A DNA stretch of 53,499 nt from the NCBI GenBank assembly GCA_902773485.1, contig CACYEQ010000041.1, positions 1 to 53,499 of the forward strand, in the 5' to 3' direction. Under the pieces are notes generated by a model that worked only from the letters and a program-made list of their open reading frames with translations, was not told the origin of the DNA and ran no database searches. The first letter of the stretch is position 1. Each line of letters opens with the position of its first letter. The translations under genes were made by a program, and so were the position numbers. Of the stretch, positions 26,284 to 35,994 are shown piece by piece. Origin of the DNA: Oscillospiraceae bacterium (GTDB taxonomy: Bacteria > Bacillota > Clostridia > Oscillospirales > Acutalibacteraceae).

Positions 26284-27624
26284 TCAGTCTTCCGCTTGTT
26301 CGCTCTCGCTTTTTTTCGGCGGAAGTTTTTCGGCTTTTATAAATTCAATTCTTCGCTCTTTGATTTCCAAAGCAGTGAATTTATAGCCGTTTTCTGTGAT
26401 ACTTGGTGTTTCGTTATCTTTTGGTATTCTGCCGAGTCGATAAAGCATAAAACCGCCCAAAGTATCGTAATCTTCATCAGGAAATTTAATATTTAACATT
26501 TCTTCAACTTCCTCAATATCGCAAGTGCCTTCAATTTTGAAAGTCGTTTCGTTTAATTTATTAATTTCTTCCTGTTCATCATCATATTCATCTTGAATAT
26601 TGCCCAAAATAGACTCAATTAAATCTTCCAGAGTTACAATACCTGCCGTTCCGCCGTATTCATCAACAACAATTGCCATTTGAATTCGCTTTTCGGTAAA
26701 TTCTTTAAAAAGTTCGGAACAACGCTTTGTCTGCGGAATGTGGTAAGCTTCTCTCATAACAGATCGAAGTGTCAATCGCTCGGGCAATTTTTTGCCTACA
26801 TATTTCAGCAAATCTTTAACATAAACAATACCAATAATATTGTCAAGGTCGTCTTCATAAACAGGAATTCTTGAAAAACCTTCATCAATTGCTATTTTCA
26901 ACGCACCGTCAAGTTTTTCATCAATATCAACCGCAACAATTTCGGTACGGTGATTCATAACATCATCTACCGAAATATCGTCAAACTCAAAAATATTGTT
27001 TATTATTTCTTTTTGTCCTTCTTCCAAAACGCCCGATTCTTCGGCATCGTCTACCATTTGCAAAATATTCTCTTCGGTAACCTCTTCATCAAAATCCGGG
27101 TTGGTGCCGAATGCGTTTGAAACTTTCTGCCAAATAAACTCTAACAAAGTAAATACAGGATAAATTAAAGCGGAAATAAAAGCAGAGTAGTTAAGCAATT
27201 TTTTCGCGCTGCTTTCAGAATGTGAAAGGCCAATGATTTTTGCAATCATTTCACCAAAAAGATATAAAACAACAGACGTTACCGCAATTATTAAAATTGC
27301 TCCGAGAACATTTAAAGAAGCGATCGAAAAATAGTCTTTTGCCGAGAATAAATTGCACAAAGCAACTCTCATTTTTGTAGCAAAACAAAGCACCGAAAAT
27401 CCTGCCAAAAGCATAGCACAAAACGCTTTTGCGGCTTTTACCCTATCCATTTCGCTTTTTTCATTTTGAATATATTTTAAAACTCTTTTTGCGCGTCTGT
27501 CGCCTTTTTCTGCCCTTTTTTCAGTTGCCGATTCGCTTAACTGGCCAACCGCCACCGAAAAGGCGTTTATTAATGTGTAGGTAAGCAAAACCAATGCAAG
27601 AATTAATATTTTTATCAGAAGCAT
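26284..27624 (-). CDS. CNNM/DUF21-CBS-CorC_HlyC family membrane protein (hemolysin-like / Mg-Co efflux-type)
   Basis: N-terminal 4-TM DUF21 domain, a CBS pair and a C-terminal CorC/HlyC domain. Confidence 0.85.
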   Translation of the reverse strand: MLLIKILILALVLLTYTLINAFSVAVGQLSESATEKRAEKGDRRAKRVLKYIQNEKSEMDRVKAAKAFCAMLLAGFSVLCFATKMRVALCNLFSAKDYFSIASLNVLGAILIIAVTSVVLYLFGEMIAKIIGLSHSESSAKKLLNYSAFISALIYPVFTLLEFIWQKVSNAFGTNPDFDEEVTEENILQMVDDAEESGVLEEGQKEIINNIFEFDDISVDDVMNHRTEIVAVDIDEKLDGALKIAIDEGFSRIPVYEDDLDNIIGIVYVKDLLKYVGKKLPERLTLRSVMREAYHIPQTKRCSELFKEFTEKRIQMAIVVDEYGGTAGIVTLEDLIESILGNIQDEYDDEQEEINKLNETTFKIEGTCDIEEVEEMLNIKFPDEDYDTLGGFMLYRLGRIPKDNETPSITENGYKFTALEIKERRIEFIKAEKLPPKKSESEQAED

Positions 27625-27715
27625 AATATTCTACCTCCGATATTTTTAACAAAATTAGTCGCCGGACCGTCGTCCATCAAAAATTCCTCCGTTTATTAAA
27701 AATTGCAGCTATACT

Positions 27716-28426
27716 TTAACCGCCGAGATATGCTTTTTTAATATCTTCACTCTCGGAAAGTTCCTTACCTGTTCCCGAAAGAGTAATATTTCCTGTTTCA
27801 AGTACATAAGCCCTGTCAGCAATCGAAAGTGCCATTTTTGCGTTTTGTTCAACCAGCAAAACGGTAATACCGCTGCCGTGCATAGCCTCGATAATTTTAA
27901 ATACCTCTTTAACAAGCAACGGCGAAAGTCCCATTGAAGGCTCATCCATAACGATGATTTTCGGGTCGCTCATCATCGCTCTGCCCATTGCAAGCATTTG
28001 CTGTTCACCGCCCGAAAGCGTTCCTGCAACTTGATTTTTTCTCTCTTTAAGACGGGGAAAATGGTGGTAAACTCTCTCTAATGATTTAGCAATCTCATCT
28101 TTATTTTTTCTTGTGTAAGCACCGAGTTTCAAGTTATCATAAACCGATAACTGCTGAAAAACTCGTCTGCCTTCCGGTACATGAGCCATACCCATATAAA
28201 CAATTTTATGTGCCGGAACTTTTGTAATATCTTTTCCGTCGTAAATTATTGAACCGCTTTTAGCGGGAATCAGCCCTGTAACGGTATGCAAAATTGTGGT
28301 TTTACCTGCACCGTTTGCACCGATTAACGATACGATTTCGCCCTCGTTTACTTCAAAGGAAACACCCTTTAAAGCATTAATCATACCGTAATAAACTTCC
28401 AAGTCTTTAACTTCAAGCAATGCCAT
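27716..28426 (-). CDS. livF: Branched-chain amino acid ABC transporter ATP-binding protein
   Basis: Walker A GANGAGKTT and signature LSGGEQQ, in LivF position and size. Confidence 0.9.
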   Translation of the reverse strand: MALLEVKDLEVYYGMINALKGVSFEVNEGEIVSLIGANGAGKTTILHTVTGLIPAKSGSIIYDGKDITKVPAHKIVYMGMAHVPEGRRVFQQLSVYDNLKLGAYTRKNKDEIAKSLERVYHHFPRLKERKNQVAGTLSGGEQQMLAMGRAMMSDPKIIVMDEPSMGLSPLLVKEVFKIIEAMHGSGITVLLVEQNAKMALSIADRAYVLETGNITLSGTGKELSESEDIKKAYLGG

Positions 28427-28444
28427 AAGTTGTATTTCCTTTCT

Positions 28445-29203
28445 TTAATCTCCGAGATACGCTGTTATTACTTCGGGGTTTTTAAGAACTTCTTCGGGTG
28501 TGCCGTTTGCAAGTTCTGTTCCGAAATTAAGCACCGTTAATTTTTCGCAAATTCCTGCAACCAATCTCATATCGTGTTCTATCAGCAAAACAGTCATATC
28601 AAATTTATCACGCACAAAGCGTATTGTATCCATAAGTTCCTGCGTTTCATTTGGGTTCATGCCTGCGGCAGGCTCATCAAGTAAAAGCAATTTCGGGTTT
28701 GTTGCAATAGCCCTTGCAATTTCAAGTTTTCTTTGCTGACCGTAAGGCAGGTTATCAGCCTTAATATCGGCAAACTCTTGCAAATCAAACACTTTTAATA
28801 GTTCGGTTGCTTTTTTAGTAAATGTTTTTTCGGTTTTAAAAAACTTCGGCAATCGCAAGATTGAGGTTACCGTTGAGTATTTATATTGATTATGAAGTCC
28901 TACTTTTATATTGTCAATAACCGAAAGTTCTTTGAAAAGGCGAATGTTTTGGAATGTTCTTGCAATTCCCGCCTTATTTATATAGGTAGTCGATTTACCT
29001 GTAATATCAACACCGTCAAGCAAAATTTCGCCGTCGGTCGGTTTATAAACACCTGTTAGCATATTAAACACGGTAGTTTTGCCTGCACCGTTCGGTCCGA
29101 TAAGTCCGTAAAGATCGCCCTTTTCAATAACCATATCAAGTTTATCAACCGCTCTGAGTCCGCCGAAAGAGATACCGAGATTTTTAACATCTAAGATAGC
29201 CAT
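28445..29203 (-). CDS. livG: Branched-chain amino acid ABC transporter ATP-binding protein
   Basis: Walker A GPNGAGKTT with a LivG-type C-terminal extension. Confidence 0.9.
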   Translation of the reverse strand: MAILDVKNLGISFGGLRAVDKLDMVIEKGDLYGLIGPNGAGKTTVFNMLTGVYKPTDGEILLDGVDITGKSTTYINKAGIARTFQNIRLFKELSVIDNIKVGLHNQYKYSTVTSILRLPKFFKTEKTFTKKATELLKVFDLQEFADIKADNLPYGQQRKLEIARAIATNPKLLLLDEPAAGMNPNETQELMDTIRFVRDKFDMTVLLIEHDMRLVAGICEKLTVLNFGTELANGTPEEVLKNPEVITAYLGD

Positions 29204-29205
29204 TT

Positions 29206-30288
29206 TTACTCGCCCTCCTTTTTGTTCTTCGGAAAGGCTCTTCTAAATACCGATTTTGTTGACAGCGAAACTTTTTCTCTGTAACCTTTAATTGTCGGGT
29301 TGTTTCCGAAAACCATCATAACAATGAGTATAATCGCATAGAATAGCATACGATAGTCAGAAAGTCCTCTGAGCACCTCCGGCAATAAATACAAAACAGT
29401 TGCCGCAATTATTGAACCTCTGATATTTCCGATACCGCCGAGAACTACAAATACCAAAATTAATATAGAAGTATTATAATCAAACTTAACCGCTTGAAGA
29501 GTTGCAAAGTTATGCGAGTAAAGTGCACCGCCGAGTCCTGCTAAAAATGCAGTAAGTGCAAATGCGATAAGTTTATATTTTGTAATATTAATACCTACCG
29601 ATTCAGCTGCAATACGGTTATCACGAATAGACATAACCGCTCTGCCTGTTCGCGAGCGAATGAAATTAAGCGTGATTACAAGGGTGATCATAATAAGTAC
29701 AAAGCCTACAATAAAGGTTGAATCGTGAGGTGTTCCGTTAAGTCCGAGCGGTCCGTTAATAAGCGTTTTTCCGTCGGGCTCCAAATTCAATTCGCTTTGT
29801 GAAATAAGCGAAAAATGCAAACCCTTGCTATCATAACCGAAATATGTTGCCGAAAAAATATTTTTAATAATTTCGCCGAATGCAAGTGTTACGATTGCGA
29901 GGTAGTCGCCTTTTAAACGAAGTACCGGAATACCGATAAGCACGCCGAAGACAGCTGCAAAGATACCGCCTACCAAAATAGCGAGCGGAAATCTTACCCA
30001 AACCGATGTAATAGTTTCCTGAGTTGATATTGAGAATAATGCACTTGAATATGCTCCGATACACATAAAACCTGCCTGGCCGAGAGAAAGTTCTCCCAAA
30101 ATACCCACAGTAATATTAAGCGAAATGGCAAGAATAATATAAGCACAGGTAGGAACTAATAAGCCTTCAAGCATATAAGAAATGCCACCGCTGACTCTTA
30201 AAGCCTGAACTATTACAAATGCAATTATTACAATGGCATAAGTGATAAAATCTTTTGTTGAATCTTTTTTCAGAGTTTTTAACTTCAT
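29206..30288 (-). CDS. livM: Branched-chain amino acid ABC transporter permease
   Basis: 360-aa polytopic permease in the liv operon. Confidence 0.88.
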   Translation of the reverse strand: MKLKTLKKDSTKDFITYAIVIIAFVIVQALRVSGGISYMLEGLLVPTCAYIILAISLNITVGILGELSLGQAGFMCIGAYSSALFSISTQETITSVWVRFPLAILVGGIFAAVFGVLIGIPVLRLKGDYLAIVTLAFGEIIKNIFSATYFGYDSKGLHFSLISQSELNLEPDGKTLINGPLGLNGTPHDSTFIVGFVLIMITLVITLNFIRSRTGRAVMSIRDNRIAAESVGINITKYKLIAFALTAFLAGLGGALYSHNFATLQAVKFDYNTSILILVFVVLGGIGNIRGSIIAATVLYLLPEVLRGLSDYRMLFYAIILIVMMVFGNNPTIKGYREKVSLSTKSVFRRAFPKNKKEGE

Positions 30289-30303
30289 AGTTTTATCACC
30301 GCC

Positions 30304-31185
30304 TTAAACTTTTTCGTTAACAGTTTTGCCTAAAATACCTGTCGGTTTAACAAGCAAAACAAGAATTAATACAGCAAAAACAATTGCGTCAGCCAACTGA
30401 GCGGAAATATAGGCTTTACCGAAAATCTCGATAACGCCGATTAAAATACCGCCTATCATTGCGCCGGGAATTGAACCAATACCGCCGAATACTGCCGCTA
30501 CAAACGCTTTAATGCCCGGCATTGCCCCTGTTGTAGGAACAAGATTCGGATATTTTGAACACAAAAGCACACCTGCCACTGCGGCCAAAGCTGAGCCGAT
30601 TGCAAAAGTCAGTGCAATAGTACCGTTTACATTAACACCCATTAACTGAGCAGCACCTCTGTCTTCCGAAACCGCAATCATTGCTCTGCCGGGTTTTGTT
30701 TTGTTTACAAAAATCGAAAGACCCACAACTATAAGCACCGAAGCGATAATTGTAACCATTGTTACACCCGAAATTTCGAGTTCGCCCCCTGCCAGTTTAA
30801 GCGAAGGTATTTTTACAACCGAAGTAAACATTTTCGGACTTGAACCGAAAATAAGCAAAGCCGAGTTTTGCAAAAAATAACTAACGCCGATAGCGGTAAT
30901 AAGAACCGCCAGCGGTGTTGCCGAACGAAGCGGTTTGTAAGCCACTTTTTCAATTGTTATACCGAGCAGGGTACAAATAAGTATCGACATAATAACCGCA
31001 ACATAAGAAGGAAGTCCGAGTTCAATCATAGAAATAAACGCAACATATCCTCCAACCATAATAATATCGCCGTGTGCGAAGTTAAGCATTTTTGCAATAC
31101 CGTAAACCATAGTATAACCGAGCGCTATTACAGCATAAATACTTCCAAGGCTTATTCCGTTAATAAGGTTTGTTAAAAAGCCCAC
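30304..31185 (-). CDS. livH: Branched-chain amino acid ABC transporter permease
   Basis: 293-aa polytopic permease in the liv operon. Confidence 0.88.
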   Translation of the reverse strand: MGFLTNLINGISLGSIYAVIALGYTMVYGIAKMLNFAHGDIIMVGGYVAFISMIELGLPSYVAVIMSILICTLLGITIEKVAYKPLRSATPLAVLITAIGVSYFLQNSALLIFGSSPKMFTSVVKIPSLKLAGGELEISGVTMVTIIASVLIVVGLSIFVNKTKPGRAMIAVSEDRGAAQLMGVNVNGTIALTFAIGSALAAVAGVLLCSKYPNLVPTTGAMPGIKAFVAAVFGGIGSIPGAMIGGILIGVIEIFGKAYISAQLADAIVFAVLILVLLVKPTGILGKTVNEKV

Positions 31186-31221
31186 TTTATTTCCACCTCT
31201 TAAAAAATAAAATTATTTAAT

Positions 31222-31251
31222 ATTATACCATAAATCACTGATAATTACAAT
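31222..31251 (-). promoter_or_regulatory. Possible internal promoter for livHMGF
   Basis: Minus strand: TTGTAA (31246-51), 18 nt spacer, TATAAT (31222-27). Confidence 0.4.
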
Positions 31252-31325
31252 AAAAAAATGTTTGATTTACCGATTTTATACTCATATTTTTTGAAAAAAT
31301 ACAATTTAAACCGAGTTTTAAACAG

Positions 31326-31362
31326 AAAAACTCCCAAAGTCGAAAACATCGACTTTGAGAGT
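31326..31362 (-). terminator. Intra-operon terminator/attenuating hairpin after the binding-protein gene
   Basis: Minus strand: ctctcaaagtcga/tcgactttgggag stem (the G-U pair forms only on the minus strand) followed by U5. Confidence 0.65.
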
Positions 31363-31395
31363 TTAGTAAAACATTCTATTCTATTATTATACTAA

Positions 31396-32568
31396 TCAGT
31401 CCATAGAAACATAAGTGCCTTTTTGAATTTCAACTGCTTTCGGCTGTTTATTAACTTCGCCCGAAGCCTTCCATGTCATATTAGCACCTGTTAAACCTTG
31501 ATAAGTTACTTTTGTGATTTGTTCTTTAAGAATATCACAAATTTTAGAAATATCCATATCAGCAGTTACTTTACCGTCTTTAATGCACTGTGCTATAACA
31601 TTAACGCCGTCGTACATATCAGCAGCAAACTGGTTAGGAGTATCTGTATAAGCGGCTTTGAAATCTTTAACAAATTTCTGTGTAGCCTCATCTTTTGAGT
31701 CTGCTGCAAAAGGTGTTAAGAGCATAACTCCCTCAGCAAGAGATTTATCAAAGTTTTCAATGTCAAGCAAACCGTCTAAACCATCGCAACCAAAGAATTT
31801 TGGAGTAAAGCCTGCATCTTTTGACTGTTTAAGAATTTGAGCAGCCTCTGAATAGTAGATTGGCAAAAATACAAGTTCTGCACCTTTTGATTTAGCGTCA
31901 TTAATCTGAGCAGAAAAGTCTGTTTTATTATCTTTTGTGAAAGATTTTTCAGAAACAAGGTTTAAACCTTTTGTTGAACATTCCTGTTTGAATGTGTTGA
32001 AAATACCCGAAGAATAAGCATCGGAACTGTCATAAATTACAGCAACTTTTGTTGCAAGTTTATTATCTGCAATGTAGTCAGCCGATTTGATACCCTGGTT
32101 AGGGTCTGTAAAGCAAACCTGGAAGCAGTTGTCATTTTTGATAACATCAGCACCGGAAGCAGATGGAGTGATTTGGAAGATATTATCTTGTTTAGTTGTT
32201 TCGGTTATAGCAAGACAAGCGCCTGTTGTAACTGTACCTGCAAAGATTTTCATATCTTCATCTTTAAGTTTGTTGTAAGCGGCAGGTGCTTTTTCAGGAT
32301 CTGCAACATCGTCTTCCATTTTGAATTCGAGTTTAATATCGCCTAAAAGACCTGATGCGTTAATATCCTTAACTGCGAGTTCGCCTGCATTTTTAACTGC
32401 AATGCCGTAAACTGCCGCATCGCCTGTGAGCGGACCTGTACAACCGATTACAATTGTTTTGTCAGATGAGCCTTCGTTTGACTCTTTTTTGTCACCGCAA
32501 GAAACCAGACATGTAGCAGCCATTGCAACACAAAGTGCAAGACATAAGAGTTTGATTACTTTTTTCAT
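31396..32568 (-). CDS. livJ: Branched-chain amino acid ABC transporter substrate-binding lipoprotein
   Basis: Lipobox LVSC and a type I periplasmic-binding fold (Leu/Ile/Val-binding family). Confidence 0.88.
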   Translation of the reverse strand: MKKVIKLLCLALCVAMAATCLVSCGDKKESNEGSSDKTIVIGCTGPLTGDAAVYGIAVKNAGELAVKDINASGLLGDIKLEFKMEDDVADPEKAPAAYNKLKDEDMKIFAGTVTTGACLAITETTKQDNIFQITPSASGADVIKNDNCFQVCFTDPNQGIKSADYIADNKLATKVAVIYDSSDAYSSGIFNTFKQECSTKGLNLVSEKSFTKDNKTDFSAQINDAKSKGAELVFLPIYYSEAAQILKQSKDAGFTPKFFGCDGLDGLLDIENFDKSLAEGVMLLTPFAADSKDEATQKFVKDFKAAYTDTPNQFAADMYDGVNVIAQCIKDGKVTADMDISKICDILKEQITKVTYQGLTGANMTWKASGEVNKQPKAVEIQKGTYVSMD

Positions 32569-32741
32569 TGTTATTACCTCTTTTTAAAAAATTATATTTT
32601 CATTGTTTACACAAACAAATGAATTTCATAGACAAACACTATTATGTATTATTACCGTAAATTATAACATTATTAGAAAAATTTGTCAATTATTTTTTTA
32701 AAAAAAGTTATATTTTTACAATAAAAATATCAAATATATGG

Positions 32742-32770
32742 TTGATATTTGCGATAATTCAAAGTATAAT
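32742..32770 (+). promoter_or_regulatory. Sigma-A promoter for murD
   Basis: TTGATA (32742-47), 17 nt spacer, TATAAT (32765-70). Confidence 0.5.
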
Positions 32771-32809
32771 AAAAAAAGATGAATTTTATTTAAGGGGCAA
32801 AAAGATTTT

Positions 32810-34204
32810 ATGGATACAAGAGTTGAAAAATTTTTAAATAGTATGAACGGTAAAAAAATCGCTTTTTGCGGTATCGGCAGGTCTAATCTGCCGTTAGTTG
32901 CACTTTTCAAAAAATACGGCGCGTGCATTACTGTTTGCGACAGAAAAGAAAGATCCGCTTTTTCGCAAGATGTTTTAGAGTCGGTTGAAAAAACGGGCGC
33001 TTCTTTAAAATTCGGCGAAGATTATCTTAAAAATCTAGATATTGATATACTTTTCAGAACACCCGGAATGTATTTTAACCAGCCGATTTTGCAGGAATTT
33101 ATTAAAAAAGGTGTTGTTGTTACTTCGGAAATGGAAGTGTTTTTCGACATTTGCCCTTGCAAAATTTATGCAATTACGGGAACCGACGGCAAAACCACTA
33201 CTACCACAATTGTTTCAAAAGTGCTTGAAAAAGCAGGTAAAAAGGTGTTTTTAGGCGGAAACATCGGCACACCGCTTTTGCCTTTAATTGAGCAGATGAC
33301 CGCGGACGATGTTGCGGTGGTTGAACTTTCTTCTTTTCAGTTGATTTCTATGAGAAAATCGCCCGATATCAGTGCTGTTACAAATATTTTCGAGGACCAT
33401 ATGAATGTTCATAAAGATATGGCGGAATATATCGGCGCGAAGATTAATATTCTCTCTCATCAAAACGCTTTTTCACGCACCGTTTTGAATATGGATAATG
33501 AGGAAACAAAAAAACTTTCTTCGCTTGTTCGCGGAAAACTTATTTATTTTTCTCGCAAACAAAAACCCGAAACAGGTGCTTATCTTTCCCACGACGGATA
33601 TTTATGTTACACCGAAAACGGCAAAACAGAAAAAATTATTCATAAAGATGAAATCAAAATCCCCGGGCTTCACAATGTTGAAAACTATTTAACCGCAATT
33701 GCTGTTTTACACGGCGATGTTGAAAACGATTGCTTTGTAAGTGTTGCAAATGAGTTCGGCGGTGTTGAGCACAGAATTGAATTTGTAAGAGAGTTAGACG
33801 GAGTTCGCTATTATAACGATTCAATTGCAACCTCGCCTGCAAGTGTTACAGCAGGGCTTAAAGCATTTGGCAAAAAGGTTATAATAATTGCGGGCGGTTC
33901 TGACAAACAACTTGATTATACTACGCTTTCGGGTGCAATTAATAAGTATGTAAAAGTGCTTATATTGCTCGGCGAAACTGCCGAAAAAATCAAAAAAGCA
34001 GTTGTAGAAGATAAAACTTACAATCAAAACGAAATAAAAATTATTGATGCCGACACTCTTGAAAACGCGGTAAATATCGCCCGTGAAAACGCTGTTTTAG
34101 GCGATGTTATCTCGCTTTCGCCTGCCTCGGCAAGTTTTGATAAATACAAAGATTTTGAAGAGCGCGGCAGACATTTCAAAAAGGTAGTAAAGGACTTAAA
34201 ATAA
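32810..34204 (+). CDS. murD: UDP-N-acetylmuramoyl-L-alanine--D-glutamate ligase
   Basis: Mur ligase P-loop GTDGKTTTT with MurD-like N- and C-terminal domains. Confidence 0.92.
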   Translation: MDTRVEKFLNSMNGKKIAFCGIGRSNLPLVALFKKYGACITVCDRKERSAFSQDVLESVEKTGASLKFGEDYLKNLDIDILFRTPGMYFNQPILQEFIKKGVVVTSEMEVFFDICPCKIYAITGTDGKTTTTTIVSKVLEKAGKKVFLGGNIGTPLLPLIEQMTADDVAVVELSSFQLISMRKSPDISAVTNIFEDHMNVHKDMAEYIGAKINILSHQNAFSRTVLNMDNEETKKLSSLVRGKLIYFSRKQKPETGAYLSHDGYLCYTENGKTEKIIHKDEIKIPGLHNVENYLTAIAVLHGDVENDCFVSVANEFGGVEHRIEFVRELDGVRYYNDSIATSPASVTAGLKAFGKKVIIIAGGSDKQLDYTTLSGAINKYVKVLILLGETAEKIKKAVVEDKTYNQNEIKIIDADTLENAVNIARENAVLGDVISLSPASASFDKYKDFEERGRHFKKVVKDLK

Positions 34205-35196
34205 TGAAAGATAACCTTATTAAACTTTGCAATTCTTGTTTTTTAGGCAGTCAAACGGACGCAGGCGAATTAGCAAAACAACTGCTTACGCCTTATGTTG
34301 ACGAAATAAAAACAGATATTTCAGGAAGTATTTTTGGATACATTTTCGGCGAAAACGATAAAAACATTCTTTTAGAAGCACATATTGATGAAATCGGATT
34401 TTGCGTTACAAATGTACTTTCAGGCGGATTTTTACGCCTTTCGGCGGTCGGCGGAATCGACATTCGCACCCTGCCCGCCTGCAAGGTGATAATTCACGGC
34501 AAAAAAGATATTAAAGGCGTTTTCACCTCTACTCCGCCTCATTTGGCGAGTCAAAAACAAAAAGAATTTTCAAAACTTGATGAAATTTTAGTTGATACCG
34601 GGCTTGAAAATGTCGAAGAATTTGTTTCGGTAGGCGATTTTGCTACTTTTGATGTAAAGGCAAGAGATTTGCAAAACGGTTATTTTACCGCAAAATCGGT
34701 TGATGACAGAAGTGGTTGCGTTTCATTAATTGAAGTTGCAAAGAGAATAAAGCAAAATGGCAAACCGAAAAACAATGTTATAATTATGCTGGCGTCGGGA
34801 GAAGAATTGGGCAATCGAGGTGCAAAAATCGGCGCTTTCGACAAACAAATCGCGGAAGCGATAGCGGTTGATGTTTCGTTCGGCTGTTCATTCGGTTGCA
34901 ACGCACAGGATTGCGGTAAATGTGAAGAAGGCGCAATGATAGGCGTTTCGCCGATACTTAACAAAAAAATGCGTGAAGATTTGGAGAAAAAGGCAAAGCA
35001 AAACGGCATTCCTTACCAATTCGAGGCTATGAGCGGACTTACTTCAACCGATGCCGATGTTATAAACATAACCGAAAACGGCATAAAATGTGCTTTGCTC
35101 TCGATTCCGATAAAATATATGCACACGCCTATTGAGACGGTGTATTTAGACGATATAAAAGCGGTTGCGGATTTAATTTTTGAGTATGTTAAATAA
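34204..35196 (+). CDS. M42 family metallopeptidase (glutamyl aminopeptidase/FrvX-like)
   Basis: AHIDEIGF and SVDDRSG motifs. Start overlaps the murD stop. Confidence 0.85.
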   Translation: MKDNLIKLCNSCFLGSQTDAGELAKQLLTPYVDEIKTDISGSIFGYIFGENDKNILLEAHIDEIGFCVTNVLSGGFLRLSAVGGIDIRTLPACKVIIHGKKDIKGVFTSTPPHLASQKQKEFSKLDEILVDTGLENVEEFVSVGDFATFDVKARDLQNGYFTAKSVDDRSGCVSLIEVAKRIKQNGKPKNNVIIMLASGEELGNRGAKIGAFDKQIAEAIAVDVSFGCSFGCNAQDCGKCEEGAMIGVSPILNKKMREDLEKKAKQNGIPYQFEAMSGLTSTDADVINITENGIKCALLSIPIKYMHTPIETVYLDDIKAVADLIFEYVK

Positions 35197-35211
35197 AGTA
35201 GGAGAAATTTT

Positions 35212-35865
35212 ATGGCAAAAGTAACTAAACATATACAATCTGTCGGCGAGGAAATTGCAAATGCGGTATCTCACGGTGTAGGCTCGTTGCTTGCAATTGC
35301 AGGAACGGTGGTTTTAATCGTTTTTGCGGCGATTTATTCCGATGCGCTTGCGATCGTGAGTTCGGCACTTTACGGCACAACACTGATAATTTTATATACT
35401 AATTCAACGCTTTACCATTCTATTACCAACAAAACTGCAAAACGGGTTTTTAGGGTTTTCGATCATTGCTCTATTTTTATGCTGATTTTGGGTACATATA
35501 TCCCGGTTTCGCTGTCGCTTTTGCGAAATTGGATAGGTTGGACTCTTTTCGGAATAAATGTCACTTGTGCGGTTGTAGGCATTGTGTTGAATTCGATAAA
35601 TCTTGAAAAGTTTGATAAAATTTCGCAGATACTTTACATTATTATGGGCTGGCTGGTAGTTATAACCGCTTATCCCGTGTTTAAGGCGGTTTTTGCAAGA
35701 GGCGGAGTTTTGGGAATAGTTTTACTCGGTCTCGGCGGTGTTTTTTATACAGTCGGCGTAGTTTTTTACAGGTCTAACAAAAAATATATGCACTTTATTT
35801 GGCATTTCTTTGTGCTTTTCGGTAGTTTATCTCATTACTTTTTTGTTCTTTTTTACTGTATTTAA
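35212..35865 (+). CDS. Hemolysin III / PAQR family membrane protein
   Basis: Seven TMs with conserved His motifs (NAVSHG, HFxWH). Confidence 0.85.
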   Translation: MAKVTKHIQSVGEEIANAVSHGVGSLLAIAGTVVLIVFAAIYSDALAIVSSALYGTTLIILYTNSTLYHSITNKTAKRVFRVFDHCSIFMLILGTYIPVSLSLLRNWIGWTLFGINVTCAVVGIVLNSINLEKFDKISQILYIIMGWLVVITAYPVFKAVFARGGVLGIVLLGLGGVFYTVGVVFYRSNKKYMHFIWHFFVLFGSLSHYFFVLFYCI

Positions 35866-35932
35866 AGTAAAAAATTAAGTTTTTTAATTCTGTTCTGTTT
35901 TTAAGCCAATATTTACAGTTTTGTTATAATGC

Positions 35933-35961
35933 TTGCTAATTTTTGATATGTGTGTTATAAT
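35933..35961 (+). promoter_or_regulatory. Sigma-A promoter for the pseudokinase-lipoprotein pair
   Basis: TTGCTA (35933-38), 17 nt spacer, TGnTATAAT (35953-61). Confidence 0.5.
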
Positions 35962-35994
35962 TTAAATAATTATTATTGACGAAAGGTATTTATT

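Noticed and set aside
32660-32700. Possible CodY box (AATTTTCWGAAAATT-like, ..CATTATTAGAAAAAT..) upstream of the liv operon.
   Set aside because: Only about 11/15 matches in an extremely AT-rich spacer. This is indistinguishable from background by eye.
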